Below, piece after piece: positions 42,181-51,330 of a stretch of 64,000 nucleotides of DNA. The notes under the pieces were generated by a model. That model made no database searches and was not told the DNA's origin. It was given only the letters and a program-made list of their open reading frames with translations. The stretch spans positions 1 through 64,000 of the forward strand of contig CAVSSM010000011.1 of the NCBI GenBank assembly GCA_963730605.1, in the 5' to 3' direction. The position numbers were made by a program, and so were the translations under genes. How positions within the stretch are numbered: the first letter of the stretch is position 1; every line of letters begins with the position of its first letter. Source of the stretch: an uncultured Chlamydiae bacterium. Its GTDB lineage: Bacteria > Chlamydiota > Chlamydiia > Chlamydiales > SM23-39.

Positions 42181-42209
42181 TACCCCAAAGATGCATCATC
42201 TTTGGGGTA
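42181..42209. repeat. Perfect 13-bp hairpin
   Basis: TACCCCAAAGATG-CAT-CATCTTTGGGGTA. Confidence 0.7.
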
Positions 42210-42210
42210 G

Positions 42211-42250
42211 GGCGCCGTCGGATTCACACTTTTTGAGCGGGAGCGGTATA
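42211..42250 (+). mobile_element. Solo right end of MITE family A
   Basis: GATTCACACTTTTTGAGCGGGAGCGGTATA matches the family A end. Confidence 0.7.
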
Positions 42251-42252
42251 AA

Positions 42253-42416
42253 CTCGACTTTGTACAATTTTGTGACAGCATCTTCGAGAGAATCGCTGGC
42301 CTTTTTTCCTTTTTTTGCTCATAAATAGTGCCTTCGGCTATGAATTTCGCAAAAAAAGAAAAAAATTGCAGAGCGCTTCCTCTGGATCTGCTCGCCAAAA
42401 ATTGTACAAAGTCGAG
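42253..42416. mobile_element. MITE family B (~164 bp, 19-bp TIR)
   Basis: CTCGACTTTGTACAATTTT...AAAATTGTACAAAGTCGAG. A solo end recurs at 44574-44597. Confidence 0.8.
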
Positions 42417-42422
42417 ATAAAA

Positions 42423-44264
42423 TCAGAGTTCCATTAATCTCATGTATTCATTGAGTTCAATCATAAATGCATCTCGATCTACGTCTGGATTACGATCTAG
42501 GAATACACCCGCAGCTTGAATGAGTTGAGCGCGACCTGCACCCTTGTTTTCAACTATCAATCCGGCAACGAGCTCATTTGTTGTTTTTCTGACGCCATCC
42601 ACATTTACACCTTTAAGGCGACCTTGAAGCACAGCTACGACCTGGCGTTGCGTCTGTCCAGGAGGACAAACCCTGCGGCCATGTTCTATCGAGTCGCTCA
42701 AAGCCTTAATTATTCCAAAGCGGCAATTTTCTTGTTCTTTTTTCTCAGATTGCTCATTCGCAAAAATCCAGAGTCGAGCAATCAACTCTTCTCCGGAAAT
42801 GCTAAGACGACCGTTATCGATAGTATAAATAGCATTATTGAGTAAAGGAGCCCAATCCTCGTTCTCGGGTGGGCCATGAAGGGCTTGCTGAGCTGTGTTT
42901 TTAATGGCTGAATCACCTGCATAAGCGTTTAAATATTGTTTAAATTCTTCTACAGCTGCACTGATCCTCGTTGGGTTGAGCAGTCCCTGATGCTTTCTTA
43001 GTAATTCGATGGCTTCTCTTGTTTTTGCATCGCGGCTACCATGATGCACATCGATTGCATGCGCCAACTCGGCCATCCCAGCGCGAAAGGGTGGAATCGG
43101 TGGATTTAGTGGTGTTTCCAATATAACGAGCATTCGATAAAGGATAGCTTCATTTTCTAAACCGTTAGCAAGATCTTGAGGAATCTGATGTAATACTCTT
43201 TGCACGCGAGCTTCTCTTTCGTTCCCAGCACGCGCAACTCTCGCAATTATTCTGCTTCTGTCCAAGGCATCCGTTTCTTGATTAATAAGCCTAAATGCCA
43301 GAGTAATAGCTTGTTCACGTTCATTTACAGGGATGCTCGCAACTGATTCAATTATAGAGTATGTTGCGATGCTAGGCATTTGTGGATGAATAAGGGGAGA
43401 TACAAGATTAATAAATTGTACACGTTCATTTGCAGGGATTCTAGCAAAGGTGGCAATTGTAATGCCGAAATTCGCTCTGTCTTGAGTAAAAAGACGAGAT
43501 GCAAGGTTAATAAATTGTACACGTTCATTTGCAGGGATGCTTGCAACCGCTTTAATTATAAAGTACATTTCAATGCTAGGCATTTGTGGATGAATAAGAC
43601 GAGATGCAAAATCCATAACTTGTTCACGTTCATTTGCAGGGGTGCTTGCAACTATTTGAATGATGAATGGTGTGGATGGGTCGTCTATTCTAGTAATCTG
43701 CAATGCAAGATTCATAACTTGTTCATGTTCATTTGCAGGGGTCCTTGCAAGCGTTTGAATTATCAAGCGTCTCACGGTGATACTCGTTTCTGTATTAATA
43801 AGACGAAATGCAAGGTTCATAACTTGTTCGCGGTTATTTGCTGGGATGCTTGCAACTGTTTTAATTATATTATATCTATCGCTGCTAAAAAGCGTTCCTG
43901 CTGGAGGCAAAAAACTAAGTGCAAGGTCAATAACTTGCTTGCGATCATGCGCGGGGATTCTTGCAACGGTTTCAATGATTGCATTACGCATCGGGGCATC
44001 CATGTCTGGATGTATAAGACCAGATGCTTGGGCAGCAATTTGCTCGCGATTATTTGAAACAATCCTACCGTTATTCAAATCTCTTTCTCCCGATGTGTTT
44101 CTGCTTGAGGCGATGGCCCATAAACAACCGATCCCTCCGATAGCAGTAAGGGCCAGCCCAATCGCTCCCATTTGATAAGCGACCGCAAGACCTGCCCCTC
44201 CTACACACCCAGCCGCCAATTTGCAATATTCCATTGTATTCTGGATTCTTATCCCTATTGACAT
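42423..44264 (-). CDS. Low-GC repeat protein, putative effector, paralogue 2 (613 aa)
   Basis: Same N- and C-termini as 40501-42039 but about 8 repeats of 33-37 aa. Confidence 0.8.
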   Translation of the reverse strand: MSIGIRIQNTMEYCKLAAGCVGGAGLAVAYQMGAIGLALTAIGGIGCLWAIASSRNTSGERDLNNGRIVSNNREQIAAQASGLIHPDMDAPMRNAIIETVARIPAHDRKQVIDLALSFLPPAGTLFSSDRYNIIKTVASIPANNREQVMNLAFRLINTETSITVRRLIIQTLARTPANEHEQVMNLALQITRIDDPSTPFIIQIVASTPANEREQVMDFASRLIHPQMPSIEMYFIIKAVASIPANERVQFINLASRLFTQDRANFGITIATFARIPANERVQFINLVSPLIHPQMPSIATYSIIESVASIPVNEREQAITLAFRLINQETDALDRSRIIARVARAGNEREARVQRVLHQIPQDLANGLENEAILYRMLVILETPLNPPIPPFRAGMAELAHAIDVHHGSRDAKTREAIELLRKHQGLLNPTRISAAVEEFKQYLNAYAGDSAIKNTAQQALHGPPENEDWAPLLNNAIYTIDNGRLSISGEELIARLWIFANEQSEKKEQENCRFGIIKALSDSIEHGRRVCPPGQTQRQVVAVLQGRLKGVNVDGVRKTTNELVAGLIVENKGAGRAQLIQAAGVFLDRNPDVDRDAFMIELNEYMRLMEL

Positions 44265-44386
44265 AAATCCCTATATTAGTTTTTAATGTTATAATAATTA
44301 TGAATATTTCAAATTATTTTGTCAACAAATTTAATTAACAAAAACTAGTTTCTTTATAGACACTGGTTTCCCGATTAAGAAGATAA

Positions 44387-44568
44387 GAGGGTGTCTACAA
44401 AGTGAGGGAACGCCCGAGTTTTTGGATTATTTTGGCCGCTTTTCGACTTCAAAGCTTGGGGGGGGGCCCATATACTGTTGTCGATATTGCCCCCCCCCCA
44501 AGTCTTGAATCGAAAATGGGCTCAAAAGAACCGAAAAATCGACAGAACCTCACATTGTAGACACCCTC
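44387..44568. mobile_element. MITE family C (182 bp, 21-bp TIR, TAA target duplication)
   Basis: TAA-GAGGGTGTCTACAAAGTGAGG...CCTCACATTGTAGACACCCTC-TAA, with an internal poly-G/poly-C hairpin. Confidence 0.85.
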
Positions 44569-44604
44569 TAAGTTCGACTTTGTACAATTTTTGGCGAATA
44601 GTCT

Positions 44605-45894
44605 CTAAAGTTCGAAGTGGTCGGGGAGGCGGGTGCCGGCAGTGACGATGATGATCCCGTCTCGGATAAAGACCCCTTCGCCGCTGTCATACTGCTCTTT
44701 TTTTTCTTTGTTGATCAGCTGCACCCGATTGCCGATCCAGACGTGCTCGTCGATGATCGCTTTTTCAATGAGGCAGTTTTCCCCGATCGCAAAGTCTTTC
44801 GGAATCGGCTTCCCTTCAAGGCTCGGAGGCATGTAAAAGTGGTTTCCCATCATGACCGTATCGCGCATGATGGTCCCTTTTTTGATGTGGGACCTTAAGC
44901 CGATGATGCAATTTGTGATTTCTTTCGCTTCGATGACGCTCCCTTCGCAGATGATCGAATCTTTGATCACGGTCGATTTGATCTTCGGCCCGGGCAGAAA
45001 TGTCGGCCGCGTGTAGATGGGGCGCTTTTCATCATAGGTATCGAGTCCTTTTTCGGAGCGATTCAGGATGAGGTTCGCCTCATAATAGGATGCCACGGTC
45101 CCGATGTCTTCCCAATAACCATCAAAGACAAACGCCGCTGTTTTCCCTTTTTTGACCGCAGTGTCGATCAAGTGGTAGCCGAAATCGTGGCGCCCGTCTT
45201 GGCGCAAAAGCTCAGTCAGCGAGGCCCTTTTGAAAACGTAAATGCCCATTGACCCGAGATAGACAGGGGCATTCGCAGGTTCGAGCTCTCGTTCTTTGAA
45301 GAATGCATCCTTGAGGAGAAATTCTTCCAAAATAGCGACCTCTTTAGGTTTTTCGACAAACTCGGTGACTTTGCAATCAAGATCGATCTTGAGAAGCCCC
45401 ATCCGGCGAGCGTCTTTCTCGTGAACAGGGATGGCAGCGATGGTCAACTCGGCTTTTTTCTCGATTGCGAATGCGACCATGCTCTGAAAATCAATATTGT
45501 ACAATTGATCGCCGGACAAGATGAGGAAATAGTCGGCGCTCGATTTGAGGAGGGTCTGCAGGTTCTGCCGGACGGCATCGGCAGTCCCGGCGAAGAACAT
45601 TTTTTCTCCCTTTTCGTTTTCTTGAGGGGTTAAAACGTCGATCGACCCAGGGTTGAAAGCGTCGAAGCGGTAGGTTTGGTTGATGTGATGCTGCAGTTCC
45701 CCGGAAAGATACTGAGCGATCACGAAAATCTGGCGGAAATCGGAATTGATCGAGTTCGAGATGGGAATATCGATCAAGCGGTAGCGACCCCCATACGAAA
45801 CGGCCGGTTTCGAGTGGTGGATCGTCAGGGGATGAAGGCGCGTCCCTTGCCCTCCGGCAAGGATGATCGTTGCGACTTGGAATGACTTGGGCAT
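44605..45894 (-). CDS. glgC: Glucose-1-phosphate adenylyltransferase
   Basis: ILAGGQGTRLHPLT, SKPAV.YGGRYRLID, GTADAV, SGDQLY, YWEDIGT. Confidence 0.96.
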   Translation of the reverse strand: MPKSFQVATIILAGGQGTRLHPLTIHHSKPAVSYGGRYRLIDIPISNSINSDFRQIFVIAQYLSGELQHHINQTYRFDAFNPGSIDVLTPQENEKGEKMFFAGTADAVRQNLQTLLKSSADYFLILSGDQLYNIDFQSMVAFAIEKKAELTIAAIPVHEKDARRMGLLKIDLDCKVTEFVEKPKEVAILEEFLLKDAFFKERELEPANAPVYLGSMGIYVFKRASLTELLRQDGRHDFGYHLIDTAVKKGKTAAFVFDGYWEDIGTVASYYEANLILNRSEKGLDTYDEKRPIYTRPTFLPGPKIKSTVIKDSIICEGSVIEAKEITNCIIGLRSHIKKGTIMRDTVMMGNHFYMPPSLEGKPIPKDFAIGENCLIEKAIIDEHVWIGNRVQLINKEKKEQYDSGEGVFIRDGIIIVTAGTRLPDHFEL

Positions 45895-45898
45895 CTAT

Positions 45899-45926
45899 TT
45901 CACACTTTTTGAGCGGTCGCAGTATA
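45899..45926 (-). mobile_element. Solo left end of MITE family A, 4 nt upstream of the glgC start
   Basis: TATACTGCGACCGCTCAAAAAGTGTGAA, identical to the end of the 54199-54362 copy. Confidence 0.8.
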
Positions 45927-45932
45927 ACCCGC

Positions 45933-45961
45933 ACCATAGGGAGGGGGGGCTTTTTGATCAA
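45933..45961 (-). promoter_or_regulatory. Putative glgC promoter TTGATC-N17-TATGGT
   Basis: Hexamers with a 17-nt spacer on the minus strand. Confidence 0.4.
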
Positions 45962-45964
45962 CCT

Positions 45965-46894
45965 TTATACCGAATCGATAGAAAGGCCGGGAGCGAAGAG
46001 GCTGGCGTTATAGGAAGAGCGGACAAAGGGGCCTGAGTACATGTGGGGGACGCCGAGAGATCTCCCATAGGCAGCGTACTTTTCGAACTCATCGGGAGTG
46101 ATGAAGGATTTGACTCTGAGTTTATTGCGGCTTGCCTGGAGATATTGGCCGATCGTGATGATATCGCAGCCGGCCCTCTGAAGATCTTGGATCGTCTTTT
46201 CGACCTCCTCTCTCTTTTCCCCAAGCCCGACCATGATCCCCGATTTCACGAAAACGGTTCGCCCTGAATTCTTTGCATGGCGAAGCACATCTAAGGTTCT
46301 ATCGTACTGAGCGATATGGCGCACGCGAGGAGAGAGGGAGCGGACGGTCTCGATATTGTGGTTGAAGATCTCCGGCTTTTCCGCAAGGACGAGATCGAGA
46401 GCTGGCAAATTTCCGGAAAAGTCGGAGGTCAAAAGTTCGATCGTCGTCTTCGGATTCCTATTCCGAACGGCGCTCATGATCTTGGCAATATGGGAGGCGC
46501 CGAAATCGGGGAGATCGTCGCGGGCGACCATCGTTATCACCGCGTGCTTGAGCCCCAGCTCTTTGACTGACTCAGCGATCCTCTCCGGTTCATCGGCCTC
46601 AGGCGCTTTTGGCTTTTTCGCAAAATCAATATCGCAAAAGCCGCAGTTGCGGGTGCATTCTTTGCCAAGGGCTAAGAAGGTCGCCGTCTTTTTCGTGAAA
46701 CATTCGAGGCGGTTCGGGCATTTCGCCTCTTCGCAGACCGTATTGAGCCGGTATTTTTCCAAAATCGCATTCGTTTGAAAGATCTCTCCCCCTCTTGGGA
46801 TCTTGCGATGCAACCACGAAGGGAAACGCCCCGTTATTTTCCCATCTAACTTTTCTTTTTCCGGGTTCTCTGGCAAAATATTCAGCTTGCTCAT
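45965..46894 (-). CDS. lipA: Lipoyl synthase
   Basis: CEEAKCPNRLEC, CTRNCGFC, VRSSY. Confidence 0.96.
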   Translation of the reverse strand: MSKLNILPENPEKEKLDGKITGRFPSWLHRKIPRGGEIFQTNAILEKYRLNTVCEEAKCPNRLECFTKKTATFLALGKECTRNCGFCDIDFAKKPKAPEADEPERIAESVKELGLKHAVITMVARDDLPDFGASHIAKIMSAVRNRNPKTTIELLTSDFSGNLPALDLVLAEKPEIFNHNIETVRSLSPRVRHIAQYDRTLDVLRHAKNSGRTVFVKSGIMVGLGEKREEVEKTIQDLQRAGCDIITIGQYLQASRNKLRVKSFITPDEFEKYAAYGRSLGVPHMYSGPFVRSSYNASLFAPGLSIDSV

Positions 46895-48291
46895 AACCTC
46901 TTTGGGGGGAAGTTGATCGGGCGGTCGGCTGCCAAGAGCGCGGCTTCGAGCCAGCTCTCTCCTAGGGTCGGGTGAGCATGGATCGTCCCAATCACCGACT
47001 CTACCGTCAGTTCATTTTGGATGGCAAGGGCCATTTCTGCAATCAGGTTCGACGCTTCGTGGCCGATGACGGTAGCGCCGAGGATTTGCCCTGTTTTTTT
47101 GTCCGAGACGATTTGAGAAAACCCTTCAGTCTCAAGCGCGGCTTGGGCCTTGCCGAGCGCCATGAACGGGAGCGTACCGGCGACGGCGTTATACCCTGCG
47201 CTTTGCGCTGCCTCCAAGGTCATGCCAACGGTGGCGATCTCAGGCGAGGTGAAGACGACGGCAGGCACTGCCTCGTAATGCATTTTCTCCTCTTGGCCGG
47301 CTGCGTTCGTTGCGGCGACGATCCCCTGATGGGAAGCGACGTGGGCGAGCATCCATTTTCCTACGCAATCGCCGATCGCATAGATCCCCTTTACCTCGGT
47401 CTCCATGCGGTCGTCTGTTTTGATTTGACCTTTTTCCGACAGCGACAAGCCGGCTTTCTCAAGACGAAGCCCGTCGGTATAGATTTTGCGTCCGACCGAA
47501 ACCAAACAAAGATCGGCGTCCAAGGTTTGCCCCCCATCGAGCGCGACGCGGGCCTGTTGCCTCGTGTTTTCTACTTTAAGCACCTTGACGCTCGTTTGGA
47601 TCTCGATCCCCCTGGCAGTAAAAGATTTTGTCATGAATTGGGAAATCTCCCGCCCTTGGGCCGTCAAAATCATTGGCAGCGCTTCTAAGATGGTCACTTT
47701 CGCCCCGAGTTCGGCAAAAAGCGTTGCGAACTCGCAGCCAATATATCCGCCGCCAATAATTGCGAGGCTTTTGGGCATTGCGGTGACTTCGAGCATCGAT
47801 GTCGAATCCAAAATCCGCTTATGGTCGCAAGGAAATGCCGGCACTTCGAGCGGCACGGAGCCTGTCGCGATGATGATCTGGTCCGCGGTAACGAAGACAT
47901 CGTCTTGACCGATCACTTTTAGCTCCCGGGGCGATTCGAATTGCGCATTTCCTCGCAAGACAGCGATCTTGTTCGATTTGAGCAGTCCTTCGAGGCCTCC
48001 CCTGAGTTTTGCGACGACTCCATCTTTGCGCGCCTTCATCTTCTCATAATGGAAGGAGATTGGGCCTGTAGAGATCCCGAACTGCTCCGCCCGTTTCACC
48101 TGATGGTAGACGGCCGCATTCGCAAGGAGCGCTTTACTGGGGATGCATCCCACGTTGAGGCACGAGCCTCCTAAGAGCCCCTTTTCGATCAAGGCGACCG
48201 ATTTGCCAAGTTGGGCCGCCCGAATGGCTGCCGTATATCCCCCTGGCCCCGAACCGATCACCGCGATGTTGAAATTTTTTTTCTCTGCCAT
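46891..48291 (-). CDS. lpdA: Dihydrolipoamide dehydrogenase
   Basis: GSGPGGY, GGSCLNVGCIPSK, HAHPTLGE. Confidence 0.96.
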   Translation of the reverse strand: MAEKKNFNIAVIGSGPGGYTAAIRAAQLGKSVALIEKGLLGGSCLNVGCIPSKALLANAAVYHQVKRAEQFGISTGPISFHYEKMKARKDGVVAKLRGGLEGLLKSNKIAVLRGNAQFESPRELKVIGQDDVFVTADQIIIATGSVPLEVPAFPCDHKRILDSTSMLEVTAMPKSLAIIGGGYIGCEFATLFAELGAKVTILEALPMILTAQGREISQFMTKSFTARGIEIQTSVKVLKVENTRQQARVALDGGQTLDADLCLVSVGRKIYTDGLRLEKAGLSLSEKGQIKTDDRMETEVKGIYAIGDCVGKWMLAHVASHQGIVAATNAAGQEEKMHYEAVPAVVFTSPEIATVGMTLEAAQSAGYNAVAGTLPFMALGKAQAALETEGFSQIVSDKKTGQILGATVIGHEASNLIAEMALAIQNELTVESVIGTIHAHPTLGESWLEAALLAADRPINFPPKRL

Positions 48292-48355
48292 GAAATCCTC
48301 TTTGGCACTATTTTAGCCTGGGGCGTAAATTCAGAAAATGGCTAAGATAATTGGC

Positions 48356-48829
48356 ATGGACGAAAGGGCGCGAAAGCTGAAAAAGCGGCAAAAACTCTGC
48401 CACAACTGTGAAGGGGAAATCGATCTCGATGTGATCGTGTGCCCCTTTTGCGCGGCCGATCTCAGGGAGGAAAAGCCGGAAGCAGGGCGCTACGGCAGCC
48501 ACGCTGTTCAGAAGCAAGTCCTAGAAGCGCAGACTTCCCAATCTCTCTACCCTCCCCCCTTTCCCATCAAACAACCAGAACCTGTCCCTGAAGCGCCTGC
48601 CCGCCATCTTCCAGAGGCGGCCGCTCTCGATGAAGAAACTCCTAATCTCTTTGGCCCCACGATTCTTTTCGCCCTCGGCGTCCATCTTGTCCTGGTTGGG
48701 ATTCTCATGCTCCTCTTTTCCCATAAGGGCGTCGTTGTCCTGAAATGGAACGCGAACTGGTGGTTTCTCTATTGCCTCGGGGGATCGCCTTTGCTTTATT
48801 ACGGATATCGGATGCTCTCTAAGCTCTAA
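48356..48829 (+). CDS. Zinc-ribbon membrane protein
   Basis: CHNC...CPFC and two C-terminal TM helices. Start is 48338 or 48356. Confidence 0.7.
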   Translation: MDERARKLKKRQKLCHNCEGEIDLDVIVCPFCAADLREEKPEAGRYGSHAVQKQVLEAQTSQSLYPPPFPIKQPEPVPEAPARHLPEAAALDEETPNLFGPTILFALGVHLVLVGILMLLFSHKGVVVLKWNANWWFLYCLGGSPLLYYGYRMLSKL

Positions 48830-48946
48830 CCTTGCCATATTCTCGGCCATATTCTCGATTTTTTCGGAGAATCGCCGCAGAAGAGAGCGCGACGTAAAAT
48901 AAACAGTAGTTTATCCTGTTTGAACGTTTTTAACAAGGAGAATTTT

Positions 48947-49180
48947 ATGGGTGTTCGTTTGAATGTAGCAGCAAACAATCCAGTGGTGCACGCGGGAGCA
49001 GGTGGTGGTCTTCGTGTCCTAGCCCCTGACGCTTTGCAACACTTGGCAAACTTGCCCAATTTGGTTGGGCTCAACCTGGGACAGGATCGGATCAACGCTG
49101 CCGGCTTGGCTGCTCTCGCCAACCTGCCTCTTCTCGTCAATCTGCAATTAGGGCCGCAGCCATATCAATATTTGCCATAG
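48947..49180 (+). CDS. Short leucine-rich-repeat protein or truncated LRR gene (77 aa)
   Basis: AAGGAG SD; two LRR-like units, LQHLANLPNLVGLNL and LAALANLPLLVNLQL. Confidence 0.55.
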   Translation: MGVRLNVAANNPVVHAGAGGGLRVLAPDALQHLANLPNLVGLNLGQDRINAAGLAALANLPLLVNLQLGPQPYQYLP

Positions 49181-49227
49181 CACTGAGCATCATTGCAAGT
49201 CATTGAGAAATTCGAGAATCGCATCCC

Positions 49228-49251
49228 CACTTGCCCTACTCGGCAAGTGGC
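49228..49251. terminator. Hairpin between convergent genes
   Basis: CCACTTGCC-N6-GGCAAGTGG. Confidence 0.45.
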
Positions 49252-49266
49252 GGCTTTACCCTGTTC

Positions 49267-50715
49267 TTACACAAGCGGACCTAGGAGAAAGAAAATCAAA
49301 TAGAGAAGGATCGTTGGACCCGCGGCCATGAGAAAGAGGCTCAAAAATTTGATCCCCCCTTCAAAATGACGCTGCAGGATCGTGTATCCGGCGGGATTCG
49401 GAGCATTGGCGATGACCGTCAGCCCGCCTCCGGCAATGACCCCTGTGAATACCGCGTATTTGTATGCGTCGCCCCAATTCGGCACGAGGGTCGAGAGATA
49501 GGAGATCGCGGTATTATCGTTGAACCCGGTTAAGAGGATCGCGACCCCCATCACCGAGAGGGGCTTTAGCCCATGAAGCAAGCTCACCACCCACCAGCCT
49601 TGCAAGCCGCTGTGAATGACAAGCCCTGCGAGGAAGAGGCCGACCAGCATCGGCTGCGCTAAGCGGATGGGGTATTGGTGGGCTCTTGTCGCTTGGTGGA
49701 AACCGATGAAAAAGAGAAAGCTCGCGATGAATATAGCCGTATAATGGGAAACGACGACGATCCAGGCGATGAAAAGGACGTGGACGAAGGTGATCCATTT
49801 CGGGATCGGGGTTTCCTTTTCTTTGAGGGGATCGAGAACGTGCGAAGCGGCAAGCCTCGTTTTTTTTTCATCGAGGATTTTAAATTCTTTTCGGAAGAAA
49901 AACCAATAGATCGTGTTCGAGAGGATGATGCCGAGCGCGGCCTTCCAGCCGAAAATGAGGAACATGTCGACCGTTGTCCAGTGCCAGCAGTGCGCCAGCA
50001 CTAACACGGCTGGAGAGGCGAAATCAGTGAGGATTCCTCCAACGGAGACATTGACGAAAAGGAGCGCGATCGTGGCGTAAGCGAGGCTTTTGCTCGGCTG
50101 GAACGAATAGAATTGACGGGTGAGAAGGAGCGCGCAAAGGGTCATCGCCCCGGCTTCGGTGATGAGAGACCCGAGCAGCGGGCCGATGGTCAGAAGTGTG
50201 AACCACCAGGCCGATAGGGATCCTCCGAGCCATTTGGCGCACCACTGGATCGTAGCTGACGCGATATGGATGATGGGTTTTGTCGCAGCGAGCGACAGGA
50301 TGACAGCGACAAAAAGCGCTTCGGTATAATCGCGGGTGTTGATGTATTCAAGGCCGATCCTCCATCCATAGGTAAAGATCATCCCTAAAAAAAGGGGGAT
50401 CGCCCAGAAAGCGAAGATCACCTCTACCTTCGAGAGAAAAAAGAGGAGGTGGACCGGAATGCTTCTTTCCCATCTTTTGCCGCGCCTTTTCGGCGCCTGA
50501 TGCGCCTCGACAGCCCGCGCCCAGCTATGGACCCGATTAGCTATTAGGGTATGGACGATTGCCAATGCAAATAAAAGAAGCGCAAAGAGATGGAAAGAAG
50601 TGAAATGGAGCGACTCGAGTTGAAGGAGGACCGGATGCTTGAGGCAATCGTACCTTTGCGGGTTTTTGACCAATTCGGCAAGGAGAGGGACCATACTTCC
50701 TAAGTACTCGATCAA
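49267..50715 (-). CDS. Putative Na+/H+ antiporter (DUF1504-type membrane protein)
   Basis: GSLITEAGAMT, NVSVGG.LT, GGGLTVIANAPNPAG; more than 10 TM segments. Confidence 0.75.
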   Translation of the reverse strand: MIEYLGSMVPLLAELVKNPQRYDCLKHPVLLQLESLHFTSFHLFALLLFALAIVHTLIANRVHSWARAVEAHQAPKRRGKRWERSIPVHLLFFLSKVEVIFAFWAIPLFLGMIFTYGWRIGLEYINTRDYTEALFVAVILSLAATKPIIHIASATIQWCAKWLGGSLSAWWFTLLTIGPLLGSLITEAGAMTLCALLLTRQFYSFQPSKSLAYATIALLFVNVSVGGILTDFASPAVLVLAHCWHWTTVDMFLIFGWKAALGIILSNTIYWFFFRKEFKILDEKKTRLAASHVLDPLKEKETPIPKWITFVHVLFIAWIVVVSHYTAIFIASFLFFIGFHQATRAHQYPIRLAQPMLVGLFLAGLVIHSGLQGWWVVSLLHGLKPLSVMGVAILLTGFNDNTAISYLSTLVPNWGDAYKYAVFTGVIAGGGLTVIANAPNPAGYTILQRHFEGGIKFLSLFLMAAGPTILLYLIFFLLGPLV

Positions 50716-50752
50716 AACTTAAATTTCGAGACCAGAAGCGATTCCAAATTTT

Positions 50753-51247
50753 TTAATTTTTGTGGGAGATCTTGCCGCCGGTGACGGAGCCGCGGATTTT
50801 CGAGCCGGGGTAGAGGAGAACCTCGCCATTGCCCCCTTCGAAGACGACCGGTCCATCCACGATCGTCCCGCTTTTTAACTCAATGACTTGCTTGGCCCTG
50901 AATGCGGGGTCGCGCCGGACCGTGATTCCAGAAAGCTTGCATTTTGAAAAGAGGGCCTTTTGCCCCGTAAAGGTAATGGGCTGGCAAAACTCAGAGTCGG
51001 ACGCTTGCAGCGAACCGATCACGCCGACTGGAGCTTGAAGAGTGGAGCTGTTAAGTTGCACTACCCCTTCCGCTTCGATTTCGTGGAGATGGGCGGAATT
51101 GGCGATGAGGTTTCCCGTCACCTTCAAAAGCTTGGAGACGGTCGTCTTGCTGAATTTAACGGTGCCCAACACCTCGAGCGATTCGAGGGTTACCTCGCCA
51201 TAGGAATCCGAACCGATTTTGACGGGCGCCGCCGCCGTCAAAATCAT
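50753..51247 (-). CDS. Hypothetical beta-helix (bactofilin-like) protein
   Basis: Repeating V.G.V/I pattern, ends GSKIRGSVTGGKI. Start uncertain. Confidence 0.5.
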   Translation of the reverse strand: MILTAAAPVKIGSDSYGEVTLESLEVLGTVKFSKTTVSKLLKVTGNLIANSAHLHEIEAEGVVQLNSSTLQAPVGVIGSLQASDSEFCQPITFTGQKALFSKCKLSGITVRRDPAFRAKQVIELKSGTIVDGPVVFEGGNGEVLLYPGSKIRGSVTGGKISHKN

Positions 51248-51267
51248 GGCAAAGAGGGCGGCAATTA

Positions 51268-51330
51268 TTAACCGGAGGGGGAAACAGGTGGCAACAAATG
51301 GGTTAGCGAGGCAAAGAGAACTCGGGTTAA
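51268..51330. mobile_element. Short derivative of element family E
   Basis: TTAACCGG..AAACAGGTGGCAACAAATGGGTTAGCGAGGCA..CGGGTTAA matches the reverse complement of 23694-23725. Confidence 0.65.

Noticed and set aside
40501..44264. Paralogue pair as template and variable regions of a diversity-generating retroelement
   Set aside because: No reverse transcriptase in the window. The differences are repeat number and general substitutions rather than adenine-specific changes, and the 3' ends are constant.
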